DNA of 64,000 nt from an uncultured Verrucomicrobiae bacterium (GCA_963707025.1 CAVPOM010000012.1:384001-448000), one strand, 5' to 3'. Counted from the stretch's first letter, positions 31,768-41,504 are shown. The notes: generated by a model not told the origin, from the sequence alone. Numbers and translations are program-made.

Positions 31768-32579
31768 ATGCCTAAGGACGCTTCCATTTTTCAAACCTCG
31801 AGAGATCCAAAGTTGCTCGTGGACACCGCGGTTGAATTCGCCGCCAGCGAGCAGGCGTCCGACCAGGTGACCCTGGCCGGGGTGCTCAACTCGCCTGACT
31901 TTTTGCAACGTCTGAACACTCCGCACGAGTACGACACCCTGATCACCAAGCAGTTGAGAGTGGCCAGGGTGATCAGGGCTTTGCGCGACAGTCCGCACGA
32001 GGCCTCCAAGCAAACGCTGACCAGGCTTGCGCAAGGCGGCCCGTTTACCGACCACAATTGGCGGCGTCAGGAACTGCTCGTGCGTGCGCTCGTCAGCGTC
32101 CGCCCGGCCACCCCGCCATCTGTCAAGTATTGGGACGAGCAGAGCACACCCGCCGCGGTCAACCGCCATGTCACGATTGAAATGCTGTGTGACAACGGCA
32201 CCGGCCCGGCGTTGAGCTTGCTGGAAAGGAAACTTCTCGATCCCAAGCAGGAAAACATCTACAAGGTTTCATGGATCCATGCCTTCATGCTGCCACATCG
32301 CCACGACTTGCCATTGCTACAGGCGTCGGCGCGCATGTTGACCGGAAGTTTGCCTCCCGATCTCCGCTGCATATTACTGGAAACGTTGTGCGATTACGAC
32401 GAGCGTTGGTATCCTTGTTGTTACCACCCCCAACCCCCGTCGCGCCTGTTGATCAAGGAAGAGGCAAAGCAGGTGCTGCGCGGGATTTGCCGGGCATGCC
32501 CGTGGAAAACATGGAACTGACGCCAGCCTTGAAGCTGGCGGTGGAGAAAACGTTGTTGGAAATTGGCGATCCGAAATAG
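31768..32579 (+). CDS. Helical-repeat hypothetical protein, putative immunity 1a (cytoplasmic); frameshift near 32495
   Basis: Paralogous to 32641-33591; alternate-frame tail VENMELTPALKLAVEKTLL aligns with the paralog's C-terminus. Confidence 0.6.
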
Positions 32580-32640
32580 AAAACGGTTCATCCCGATGCC
32601 TCCCGCCTCTTGGCGCGACTGGCGCAAAAAAAACTTCCCA

Positions 32641-33591
32641 ATGAAAACACAAAGATGGCGCATCTGGAGTGACGATCATCGGCGTCCCGGGGCCTGGCGC
32701 GCGGCGTTTGTGCTTTACGCCATTGCTTGCATGGCGCAAGCTGCCGTCATGTGCTCTGGCGCTCCTCCTCCAACCGGATCTTCCGGCGGTCTCGCCGCTC
32801 CGCCCCTGTCCAACGGGCCGGTCACGCCGGAAACCGAAGCGTTGCTCAAACACCTCGCCTCCTTGGCCGACAGCCAAAGCAACCAAGCTCAGAGTGAGCT
32901 TGCCAAGCAGTTGGCGGACGTCGCCACGCTCGACCGGCTGGACGAGCCGAAAGAACGCAACCAACGAACACCACAGGATCTTCGGGTTGCCCGCGTGTTC
33001 GATCATTTGCGTGACAATCCGTCACACGCCGCCGCGAACACCCTTTCGGCACTCTCCCGCAGTGAGGTGTTCAATTCAGATTGGCGTCTCCAAGCACTGG
33101 TGATTCGCGCGCTGGGCACACAGCGTCCGTTGCTCGCTGAGTCCGCGGCTTTTCTGGATGCCCAAAGCCAGTCTAATTCGCTCAACTTGCAGAATGTAAT
33201 CATCACCCTCATTGAAAATGAGTCGGCCCCGGCGGCCGCACTGCTCGGTCGCAAGTTGGAGGACTCAAACCTCGACGATAATAACAAGATTTCCTGGATA
33301 CGCTACCAGCTCCTGCCCAAGCGCCGGTCGGCGCAATTGCTGTATGGCGTCGAAAAATGGCTTGCCGCCGGCAAGCTCGATGAGACGGTGCGAATCGCCT
33401 TGGTGGATGCTCTTTTTGATTACCGACCGCGCGAGTGGGGTGGCACGGATCTGCCGGCTCCTCCGAGCGAGAGTTCCACCAGTGCAGAGGCGGCCAAGGT
33501 TGTGCGCCGCATCGCGGAGTTGGTGCTGGCTTCCAATTATCCCTCGTCCGTGAGAGATTCCGTCCGTCAAACACTGACAAGATTGCCTTGA
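32641..33591 (+). CDS. Helical-repeat hypothetical protein, putative immunity 1b (N-terminal hydrophobic segment)
   Basis: LRVARV..LRD.P, W..Q.L..RAL...RP and KISWI shared with 31768; AAFVLYAIACMAQAAV segment; start uncertain. Confidence 0.6.
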   Translation: MKTQRWRIWSDDHRRPGAWRAAFVLYAIACMAQAAVMCSGAPPPTGSSGGLAAPPLSNGPVTPETEALLKHLASLADSQSNQAQSELAKQLADVATLDRLDEPKERNQRTPQDLRVARVFDHLRDNPSHAAANTLSALSRSEVFNSDWRLQALVIRALGTQRPLLAESAAFLDAQSQSNSLNLQNVIITLIENESAPAAALLGRKLEDSNLDDNNKISWIRYQLLPKRRSAQLLYGVEKWLAAGKLDETVRIALVDALFDYRPREWGGTDLPAPPSESSTSAEAAKVVRRIAELVLASNYPSSVRDSVRQTLTRLP

Positions 33592-33755
33592 CACCTTGCC
33601 CGGGCCATCACCCAGGAGTGGAATAGATGCTTGTTTGAAAACCCTTGAAGCCGGAATCGCTTCGGCTGAGCCGGCGGTCCGTTCTGGATTTCATTTGGCG
33701 CGGACCAAATGGCTTGACAAAACAAAATAATGGTTGACTTTATTGAACTTGATCT

Positions 33756-34160
33756 ATGCCCTCACCAAAAAGTGGAAATGCCGGTTCGACGGTTTCGCCC
33801 GCCGCTCCCGACACGGCTGCGGAGGCCGACGACGCCGTCGCCGGCGACGTTGACCAGGCCCAGGGCGGCTCGGCCACCAAGGCGGCGAGCAGCCAGGACT
33901 CCGCCCAGGTCAAGCCCTACAAACCCCCGCAAACGCAGGAGGAAAAAAAGAAAAAAACAAGCTGGATCGAGATCGAACTGGTGGATGCCCAAAACAACCC
34001 CGTGCCCGGCGAAGCCTACAGCATCACCCTGCCCGACGGCGAAACCGTCGCGGAGGGGACCCTGGACGAGAAAGGCTTCGCCCGCGTGGACGGCATCGAA
34101 CCGGGAACGTGCAAAGTCACTTTCCCGGAAATGGATGGGAGGTCTTGGACCAAGACGTGA
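33756..34160 (+). CDS. 134-aa TTR-like putative adaptor, copy 2
   Basis: Same length and near-identical sequence to 28561-28965. Confidence 0.78.
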   Translation: MPSPKSGNAGSTVSPAAPDTAAEADDAVAGDVDQAQGGSATKAASSQDSAQVKPYKPPQTQEEKKKKTSWIEIELVDAQNNPVPGEAYSITLPDGETVAEGTLDEKGFARVDGIEPGTCKVTFPEMDGRSWTKT

Positions 34161-34170
34161 ATTCCTTTCT

Positions 34171-34908
34171 ATGAGCAGAAGCAAACCGCCCGAAGACGGC
34201 AAACATCAAGTGGAGGACGGGGAGTGGGCCGGGAGCATTGCCGCCGCCTACGGTTATTTGGATTGGGAGCACGATGTCTGGAAACGGGGCGAAAATGCCG
34301 CCTTGCGTGAACGCCGCCCAAATCCGCGTGTTCTGGGCGAAGGGGATGTTCTGTTTATTCCACCATGGGAAGAGAAGAAAGAATCCTGCGCGACGGAGTT
34401 GAAGCACCGATTCAAGCTCAAGGCGCCCACCGAACTCCTGCGCATCCGGCTGCTGGACCTGGAGGGCAAACCGCTGAAGAACGAAGACTATGCGCTGCAG
34501 ATTGATTACGCTCCAGGCGGAGGCAAATACGAACAAAAAAACAAGCAAACCGATGGCGATGGCTTTCTGCAAGAGTGCATTCCTTCGACCGCGATGAAAG
34601 GCCTGCTCAGCTTTGCCAAAGCGCCGCAAAAGATCCTGCTGCGCCTGGGTTATCTCACTCCGATGGATCTGAATGACAACCCCAAATTGATCCGCGGAGC
34701 ACAGCAGCGCTTGCTGGCCATTGGCTTCGATCCCGGTTCCATTGATGGCTTGGATGGGCCCAGAACCCAAAGCGCCGTCACGGCCTTCCAGCAGTTCTGC
34801 GCCGACAACAAGAACCAGGGCAATGCCCGGATCATTGATGCCGGCCCCGTCAACGGAACCATCGGCAAGATGACCCGGGATGCCTTGTTAAAGTACTACG
34901 GCTGTTGA
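34171..34908 (+). CDS. LysM-like + TTR-like + PG_binding_1 protein, copy 2
   Basis: HQVEDGEWAGSIA..NPRVLGEGDVLFIP; LRIRLLD..GKPL; QTDGDG; QQRLLAIGFDPGSIDGLDGPRTQSAVTAFQ. Confidence 0.8.
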   Translation: MSRSKPPEDGKHQVEDGEWAGSIAAAYGYLDWEHDVWKRGENAALRERRPNPRVLGEGDVLFIPPWEEKKESCATELKHRFKLKAPTELLRIRLLDLEGKPLKNEDYALQIDYAPGGGKYEQKNKQTDGDGFLQECIPSTAMKGLLSFAKAPQKILLRLGYLTPMDLNDNPKLIRGAQQRLLAIGFDPGSIDGLDGPRTQSAVTAFQQFCADNKNQGNARIIDAGPVNGTIGKMTRDALLKYYGC

Positions 34909-34919
34909 ACAGGCTCGCC

Positions 34920-37157
34920 ATGCCCGACAATAACAAACTCCTTCAGGTCAAGATCACCATTGACGACCAGGGCAAAATCGGCAAGGTGGTGCATCCGGAC
35001 TGCAAACTAAACAGGGATGCCGATCTGCCATTTTCCGGAAGACAGTACGGATGGCGCCTGGCCGGTTATAATGACACGGGCCTGGATCTGAAAGCGTTCT
35101 TCGCCCAAGCAGTGGACGTGGCCACCAATTCGCCGGATAAGAAAGAAGATTTTAATACGATCCAATTCCGGGGTCCTGAATTGCTTAAGTTGGATGTTGG
35201 CCACTGGGGGGCCTACCACCGCTGGCGCGAGTACCCCGGCGGCCCGGATGCGGATGACGCTTCCAAGGAGAAAGGCATCCAGCGGGAGTTCGGCCTGATT
35301 GAAAACCATCATGTTTGGCTTTGCCGCTTCAACGGCCAGCAGGCCGTTCCTGCCACGCTCTCCAATTTTCAGTCCGCCAAGGCCACCTTGGCCGCTCAAA
35401 TCCTCAACAACCTGGCTCCGGGCTTTGGCATTGATATCGTCGCAGATGCTCCGGTCACCGATCCGCGCTCGGCCGAGTTGGACAACCAGACCCTTTACGT
35501 CATCTTTCCTGACTTGCACCTGCCCGAAACCCTGCCGGACTTTCCCCTCCCGGCGCAACGTCATCCGGTCGTCGCGGCGCGCCCGACTCCGCAACGCAAT
35601 CCGAACGCCGATGCGCGCAAGGCGTTGCGCAAGTTCCTGGTCAATGCGCAACACCAGCCGGGCTGGCTGGGCGCCAACCCGCTGGGCGAGAGCGACCAGC
35701 AAAAGGTGCAGGCTTATCTGGAAGCCATTCACGTTGAACCCGGGGCACCGCTGCCCGAACAGCCCCTTTGGCCGGTGAAACCAGGCCTGCTTGATTTTTG
35801 GAAGCCGGCGGATTTCTCCCCGGAGCAGTTTCTGGCGGAGAAAGCCATTGTGGACCGGGAAATCATGCTGACCGGCACCTGGTTTTACGCCCGGGGGCCG
35901 GGTTGGAAGAAGGAGGCCCAGACCGATCGCGATACTTGGGCCGCAGCCGACGATGACGGGGACCCTACGCCGGCGATTGAACTCGCCCACTTGCTTTGCG
36001 CCATCAAGAAGGCGCGCCAGGACTCCGCTGCCAACATCCAGGTCATTCAAGTCGGGGACCTTTACGAACTCTGGTTGAACCATGAGTTTCTTTATCGCGA
36101 CTTTCTCGTGGATACCTCCTTCAATGTGAGCGGGGCGGAGAAGCGCGCCTACTTCGGCATCTGGCAACAGGGCAGCAAATCGGATGACTATCAATACCGG
36201 TTGGATGCGGGCTTGCAGAATTCCGCCGGGGGCGGCTCCGCCAAAGAAAAGAGGTATGTTTATAATTATTGGCCCAAGGCGGACATGCTGTTGCGCTACA
36301 GGATCGGCGAACCAATGTATGCAGGACTCGACGACGATGATCTCCTGGAGGAGTTGTCCCTTCGGCCGCCGCAATTGCAGCGGGTGCAGGGCCTCTTGAA
36401 AGACCGGGTGGATCGGGTCCGCGCCTATTCGCTCCACCAACCCAACACGCCGGCTTGCGCGAGTCTTCTCGCCATGGATCCTGCCGTGCTCGATTTCAAG
36501 TATTTCTACCGCAGACAAAGGGACCTGAGGAAAGGCGGGACTGAATACGGCCCGGGCCAGGAGACGGAAAGGGAATATTTTATAGATCCGAATGGCCGCA
36601 AGGAGGTTTTTTGGAATGAAATGATCCTCAAACTTTTGGGTGACCTTGATTTCCGGAATATCGGCGGCAACCATGATGGTTATCGTTCGGATCCGTTGGT
36701 GAACGTGCTGCTGGATGACGTCGATCAGGCGGAGACGGTCATTAGCGAGCCGGGTTTGTGGATCGAACACAGCCATCGTTGGGACGAGTTCAACCGCGAT
36801 GGCATGGCCTTTGGCGCGGGCGCGGCCAACTACGTGTATTATTACTTCACCAGCCTCTGCTCCAAGAGCGCCGGCTGGTGGGAGGATATGCTCGGGCAGC
36901 AGGAGCAGAAATGCTTTGTTCCAGGCGCGGCCTTTTGGTTTGGGGTTGCCAATTTTGGGGACGACCTGAAATGGGCCGCCGACCAGGGCATTCCCGGCAG
37001 CGTCCAGCCTTTCGGCGTTTACGTTTCCGGCCACACCCACAGCGCCAGCCTGGCCCGCATCACCTTCGATTTGCCCCCCAAGTTAAAACAACCCAAACCC
37101 GCCGTGCCTGCTGCCCAGACCGCTGATCCCAACCAAACAGGTCCAACAGGGTGGTGA
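34920..37157 (+). CDS. Putative T6SS effector, calcineurin-like metallophosphoesterase with long insertions
   Basis: Ordered motifs PDLH, VGDLYELW, GNHD, EHSH..D, SGHTH. Confidence 0.7.
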   Translation: MPDNNKLLQVKITIDDQGKIGKVVHPDCKLNRDADLPFSGRQYGWRLAGYNDTGLDLKAFFAQAVDVATNSPDKKEDFNTIQFRGPELLKLDVGHWGAYHRWREYPGGPDADDASKEKGIQREFGLIENHHVWLCRFNGQQAVPATLSNFQSAKATLAAQILNNLAPGFGIDIVADAPVTDPRSAELDNQTLYVIFPDLHLPETLPDFPLPAQRHPVVAARPTPQRNPNADARKALRKFLVNAQHQPGWLGANPLGESDQQKVQAYLEAIHVEPGAPLPEQPLWPVKPGLLDFWKPADFSPEQFLAEKAIVDREIMLTGTWFYARGPGWKKEAQTDRDTWAAADDDGDPTPAIELAHLLCAIKKARQDSAANIQVIQVGDLYELWLNHEFLYRDFLVDTSFNVSGAEKRAYFGIWQQGSKSDDYQYRLDAGLQNSAGGGSAKEKRYVYNYWPKADMLLRYRIGEPMYAGLDDDDLLEELSLRPPQLQRVQGLLKDRVDRVRAYSLHQPNTPACASLLAMDPAVLDFKYFYRRQRDLRKGGTEYGPGQETEREYFIDPNGRKEVFWNEMILKLLGDLDFRNIGGNHDGYRSDPLVNVLLDDVDQAETVISEPGLWIEHSHRWDEFNRDGMAFGAGAANYVYYYFTSLCSKSAGWWEDMLGQQEQKCFVPGAAFWFGVANFGDDLKWAADQGIPGSVQPFGVYVSGHTHSASLARITFDLPPKLKQPKPAVPAAQTADPNQTGPTGW

Positions 37158-37205
37158 CATGCTTTAATCTCGACAAAACCGCTCTTTCATCTCCACATAT
37201 CAGCC

Positions 37206-38036
37206 ATGGATATTCCACACACCAACATAGTTTACCACTTCGAACAGCGCGTCGAAATCATGTATCGCGAATCCGAAAAGACCAGCCCGACCAACGAGGC
37301 CTATCAACGTCAAGGCCTGATCCTCCTCTCCACCGGAGTCGAAGACTCTCGTTGGAAACGGGAGATAGCAGAATACGAAGTCGCGCCGGCTGAACTCGAC
37401 AAAATCCGCCAGCGGGACAAGGTGGATCGTGCTGAACTCCAGAAGGCGCAGCTCAAGGCCCTGGGCGCCCGGCGCACCCCCTTTGGCCTGGACTTCTCCG
37501 TCGAGGTGGACTCTGACATGCACAATAAGGAGGTCGTTATGACGGGCACCCAGGGCGCGCCTCTCCGGCAAGACCTGCTCTACCTTCCCACACTCCTGCC
37601 GGCCGTCCCGGATAAGCGCCCGGAACCCGGGGATGAATGGAACGGCGCCATTGAGATTGCCGGCGGCCCCGCCAGATTCCGCGTTTCCTATACCGCAAAA
37701 ATGCTGGAACGAATAGGTGACGACCCCAAAATCAACGTGACGCTTCAGCCCCAAAGCGCCACCCAGACCGTCAAGGATTTCACTTTCACCCTTTCCCCGC
37801 AAGGCCACTTGGTAACCCTCATTGCCAAAGCCGGCGGTTCGCCGCTATCTTCCGAAGGAGACTTCCGCATCAGCATCCGGGCCAAATTCGACCGCGACGG
37901 CACCCCCGTTGACGTTGAGGTCTTGAACTGCCACCAAACATTCACTCTGACGCGCGTCCCCGCCTCTTTTAATGACGACACTTTCCTGCCGGCAGGATGG
38001 AAATTGCCCCCAGAAAAGAAGCCAAATCCGCCTTGA
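37206..38036 (+). CDS. Hypothetical protein, putative immunity for cassette 2
   Basis: Intact 276-aa ORF directly after the effector; function inferred from position only. Confidence 0.5.
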   Translation: MDIPHTNIVYHFEQRVEIMYRESEKTSPTNEAYQRQGLILLSTGVEDSRWKREIAEYEVAPAELDKIRQRDKVDRAELQKAQLKALGARRTPFGLDFSVEVDSDMHNKEVVMTGTQGAPLRQDLLYLPTLLPAVPDKRPEPGDEWNGAIEIAGGPARFRVSYTAKMLERIGDDPKINVTLQPQSATQTVKDFTFTLSPQGHLVTLIAKAGGSPLSSEGDFRISIRAKFDRDGTPVDVEVLNCHQTFTLTRVPASFNDDTFLPAGWKLPPEKKPNPP

Positions 38037-38082
38037 AAAATCTGTTCATTCCCCGTGGAATACTGACCATTAGATCAAACCT

Positions 38083-38487
38083 ATGCCCAGTCCAAAAAGT
38101 GGAAATGCCGGCACGGCGGTTTCGCCCGCCGCTCCCGACACGGCCGCGGAGGCCGACGACGCCGTCGCCGGCGACGTTGACCAGGCCCAGGGCGGCTCGG
38201 CCACCAGGGCGGCGAGCAGCCAGGACTCCGTCCTGGTCAAACCCTGCAAACGCCCGCAAACCCAGGAGGAAAAAGAGAAAAAACCAAGCTGGATTGAGAT
38301 CAAACCCGTGCATGAGCAGAACAACCCAGTGGCAGGCGAACCCTACAGCATCACCCTTCCCGACGGCGAAACCGTCGCCGAAGGCACGCTCTACGAGAAG
38401 GGTCTCGCCCGCGTGGACGGCATCGAACCGGGAACGTGCCGAATCACCTTTCCGCAACGGGATAAAGAAGCCTGGAAGAAGGCCTGA
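38083..38487 (+). CDS. 134-aa TTR-like putative adaptor, copy 3
   Basis: Same length and near-identical sequence to copies 1 and 2. Confidence 0.78.
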   Translation: MPSPKSGNAGTAVSPAAPDTAAEADDAVAGDVDQAQGGSATRAASSQDSVLVKPCKRPQTQEEKEKKPSWIEIKPVHEQNNPVAGEPYSITLPDGETVAEGTLYEKGLARVDGIEPGTCRITFPQRDKEAWKKA

Positions 38488-38508
38488 GCGCGCAGCATTT
38501 TGCCTTTT

Positions 38509-39180
38509 ATGGCTGAAGACTACACCGTGGAACCAGGCGACTGCATGAGCAGCATCGCCTATGAGCGCGGCTTCTTTTGGAAAACGCTGTGGAACGATTC
38601 CTCCAACGCCGAGCTCAAAGCCAGGCGCAAAAACCCAAATGTGCTGATGACCGGCGACGTCGTCCACATTCCCGACTTGACCGTCAAGAAGGAACCGGGC
38701 GCGACGGAAACCACCCACAAGTTCATGCTCAAGGGCGTGCCGGAGATATTGCGCATGAAACTGCTGGACGCCAACCATCAGCCGCGCGCCAACCTCGACT
38801 ACCTCATTGTCATCGAGGGCAACTCCCGGAAAGGCAAGACCGACGGCAACGGCGAGCTAAAAGAAAGCATCCCGCCCAACGCCAAGGCCGGCAAGCTCAC
38901 GTTCGCGACCTGTCCGGACAAGACCGGCAAGCCGATTCCGGGAAAGCCAAAAAACCAGGTCATGAACTTGCAGTTGGGCAACCTCAATCCCGTTTCCGAG
39001 GTGAGCGGCCTCAAGTCCAGATTGGCCAACCTGGGATTTTACAAAGGCCCGATTGACGATAATCTCGATAAGGCCGCCAAACAGGCCATTCGCGCTTTTC
39101 AGCGCCGGAAGGGCCTGCCGGTGACCGGCGTGGCCGATGAGGCCACCAAGGGCCAGTTACTAAAAATTCATGGCCACTGA
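38509..39180 (+). CDS. LysM-like + TTR-like + PG_binding_1 protein, copy 3
   Basis: YTVEPGDCMSSIA..NPNVLMTGDVVHIP; KTDGNG; LKSRLANLGFY..AIRAFQRRKGLPVTG. Confidence 0.82.
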   Translation: MAEDYTVEPGDCMSSIAYERGFFWKTLWNDSSNAELKARRKNPNVLMTGDVVHIPDLTVKKEPGATETTHKFMLKGVPEILRMKLLDANHQPRANLDYLIVIEGNSRKGKTDGNGELKESIPPNAKAGKLTFATCPDKTGKPIPGKPKNQVMNLQLGNLNPVSEVSGLKSRLANLGFYKGPIDDNLDKAAKQAIRAFQRRKGLPVTGVADEATKGQLLKIHGH

Positions 39181-39263
39181 ACCGGCTTGGCCAGGTGCCC
39201 GGTATGAAAGCGGGCAAATCGCCAAACGACAACAGATTTTGAGAAAATCACAAAAGTAAAAGT

Positions 39264-40661
39264 ATGCCTGATGACCCCGATGCCGGCGCACCGCAGGATG
39301 GTGGCGCACCGCAAGATGGTGGAGCGCCGCAGGATGCCGGAGCGCCGCAGGATGCAGGCGCGCCTGCCGGAGCGCCGCAGGATGGTGGCGCACCGCAAGA
39401 TGGTGGCGCACCGCAGGATGCCGCTGCGCCGCAGGATGCCGCCGCGCCACAGGATGTTGATGCGGCTCGGGGCGATGACACCAATACGACGGCAGATCCT
39501 GTCAATATCAGTCTGACCGTGCAATGCGGTCACACCACCAGCGGCCTCCGTCAGGTAGTCGGCAACCCGGGAGCGGACGGCAGGCTTCAGATTGTGCCGT
39601 CCGACGGGCAGAATAGCAATGCGGTGAGTCTAAAAATCGCGGCGCTCGTCCAAATACAAGGTCAAGAAAACACCGATGGAACCGATACCATTCAAGCCTC
39701 GATTACGGATAACTCCGGCAACGGAGTGCCCAACCCACAAATCGCGATTACCCAGGCCGATGCGCCCTCCGATGGCGACTGGCAGAGCGGCATGAGCGCG
39801 ACGTTGCCGCCCATTCCAAGCCCTGGGGACAACAGCACCGTTTGGCTGGCGGACGCCCAAGCCACCGTGTGGAACGTCTTCGCGGCGGGCAATCCGGATG
39901 ACACTCCCGTAAAAGTGCAAGTGGAGGCATTTCCCGCCTATGCCGTGCAGGGAGCGGTTAATCTGGATTTTTTAGGCGACGTCACCAAGAAGATCAACGA
40001 CGCTTGCAAGAATGTCATCAACCCACTGACCGGCGGGACCGTTACCATAGAACCGCAGTTTCAGTTGCCGCAAGGAACGCTGCAGGTCTCGTGCGGCTGG
40101 AAGGAAAACAGCGACTGGCAGGCCTATTACGGTTGGAGCGTCGCTGCCGGACTCAACCCATTTTTTGGCATGGGAGTGAAGTTTGGGGTGGACTTTGTGG
40201 CGATAATCGGACTCTGCGCGGACATCCCTCCCATGATAACCAAGTATGCAGCCTCCCTTGTCCTCAGTGTGAAGGTGAGCGGCCAGGTGGGCATCAGCGG
40301 CACGGTCAGTTGTAATGGACCGCTTAGTTTTACGGGAACATTAAATCCCAATGGACAGATTTCCGTGGAGTTGGCCCTGACCGCGAAGGTCGGAAATGAA
40401 AATGTGTTGAGCGCCTCCATCTCGGGGGGCTGCACGGCGGGGATCAAGTGGGCCGGGCAAATTCCCCAGCCGGCCTCGCCCGGCGGAAGCGTGGTCTTGA
40501 AGCACACCCTCAATTTCACCGGCATCGTCCTGACCGTGACGATTGTCACCACCGCCTTTTCATGTGAGATGACCAACACCCAAAACTCGGTGAGTTTAAT
40601 GTCCGCCGGTGATCCGGTGGCCTTGGATGACATCACCTTGATCGGCGCTGACAACAGTTAA
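39264..40661 (+). CDS. Hypothetical protein (putative cargo 3): acidic repeat N-terminus, beta/Gly-rich C-terminus
   Basis: 465-aa ORF in the effector slot of cassette 3; no recognisable catalytic motif. Confidence 0.55.
   Translation: MPDDPDAGAPQDGGAPQDGGAPQDAGAPQDAGAPAGAPQDGGAPQDGGAPQDAAAPQDAAAPQDVDAARGDDTNTTADPVNISLTVQCGHTTSGLRQVVGNPGADGRLQIVPSDGQNSNAVSLKIAALVQIQGQENTDGTDTIQASITDNSGNGVPNPQIAITQADAPSDGDWQSGMSATLPPIPSPGDNSTVWLADAQATVWNVFAAGNPDDTPVKVQVEAFPAYAVQGAVNLDFLGDVTKKINDACKNVINPLTGGTVTIEPQFQLPQGTLQVSCGWKENSDWQAYYGWSVAAGLNPFFGMGVKFGVDFVAIIGLCADIPPMITKYAASLVLSVKVSGQVGISGTVSCNGPLSFTGTLNPNGQISVELALTAKVGNENVLSASISGGCTAGIKWAGQIPQPASPGGSVVLKHTLNFTGIVLTVTIVTTAFSCEMTNTQNSVSLMSAGDPVALDDITLIGADNS
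39279..39455 (+). repeat. 18-bp tandem repeat encoding D(A/G)(G/A)APQ, about 9-10 units
   Basis: gatggtggcgcaccgcag-type units, in frame, no spacers. Confidence 0.9.
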
Positions 40662-40667
40662 AATTCC

Positions 40668-41438
40668 ATGATACATCATTTGCTTAAACTTGTCACCGGC
40701 GGGCTGACCGCCAGCGCCGGCATTAATGGCGCTCCCCTTTTGATTGATTCGACCGGCATCGGGCTGAATGGGACCATGCCGGCCAACCCCTGGCTCAAAC
40801 CCACGGGAAACACCCTCAGTATTTCTCTGGCCAGGCCGCCGGCCACGCCCAACGTCAACCTTGCCGAAGTCCAGGTTCGCGCCGAGGTTTACACCGTCCA
40901 GTCCGGTTCCCGCACCATGGAGCCGGAAACATGGCTGGCCAGATTCGCGTGGCATGCGGGCGATCCGGCCCCCTTGCCGGTGACTCGCGAGATTGCCTTT
41001 GAAATTGCGGCCCCGCCGCCGACCAGCCTGTGGGCCGAAGCGGCGCGGGTCAATGACCTTTCCGCGACGGACCAGCAACAGTTGAGGACGCTGATGCAAA
41101 AGCTGGCCGGGGCCATTCTAAGCCGCGACCTGGATGGCATCTCCGTTTTGCTGGATTACAAAACAATGGACTGCGCTTTGGCCAACGGCCAGGACCCGGA
41201 TCGCATGCGCCAGGTCATTCGCGAGCTGTACACAACCGACATGTTCTCCGAACCATCACTCCGGGTGGAAGGGGCTGGAGCAAACGAGTTGGAATTTAAG
41301 CTGGTCGCCGGAGGCCAGGCCGTCTGGGTATTCCAAGGTCCGGGCAAACCCGCCTTGGTGGTGGTGTCGCCCAACAAGCGGTTCGGCCTGACGGTCTTTG
41401 CCGCCAAAACCGCAGGCGCCTGGAGGATTGTCAGATGA
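40668..41438 (+). CDS. Hypothetical protein, putative immunity/partner of cassette 3
   Basis: Intact 256-aa ORF 6 bp after the cargo gene. Confidence 0.55.
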   Translation: MIHHLLKLVTGGLTASAGINGAPLLIDSTGIGLNGTMPANPWLKPTGNTLSISLARPPATPNVNLAEVQVRAEVYTVQSGSRTMEPETWLARFAWHAGDPAPLPVTREIAFEIAAPPPTSLWAEAARVNDLSATDQQQLRTLMQKLAGAILSRDLDGISVLLDYKTMDCALANGQDPDRMRQVIRELYTTDMFSEPSLRVEGAGANELEFKLVAGGQAVWVFQGPGKPALVVVSPNKRFGLTVFAAKTAGAWRIVR

Positions 41439-41504
41439 ACCGGGGAAAACAGCCTCGTGCCTGGACAACACCGAGTTGATAGTTCCCCAAAGAGCACCTC
41501 ATAT

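Noticed and set aside
33730..34908. 392-aa ORF suggesting one long gene
   Set aside because: Its first half is an alternate frame of adaptor copy 2; the real gene starts at ATG 34171, matching its paralogs
39279..39455. Short repeat array as a possible CRISPR
   Set aside because: 18-bp in-frame units with no spacers and no cas genes; it is a coding VNTR
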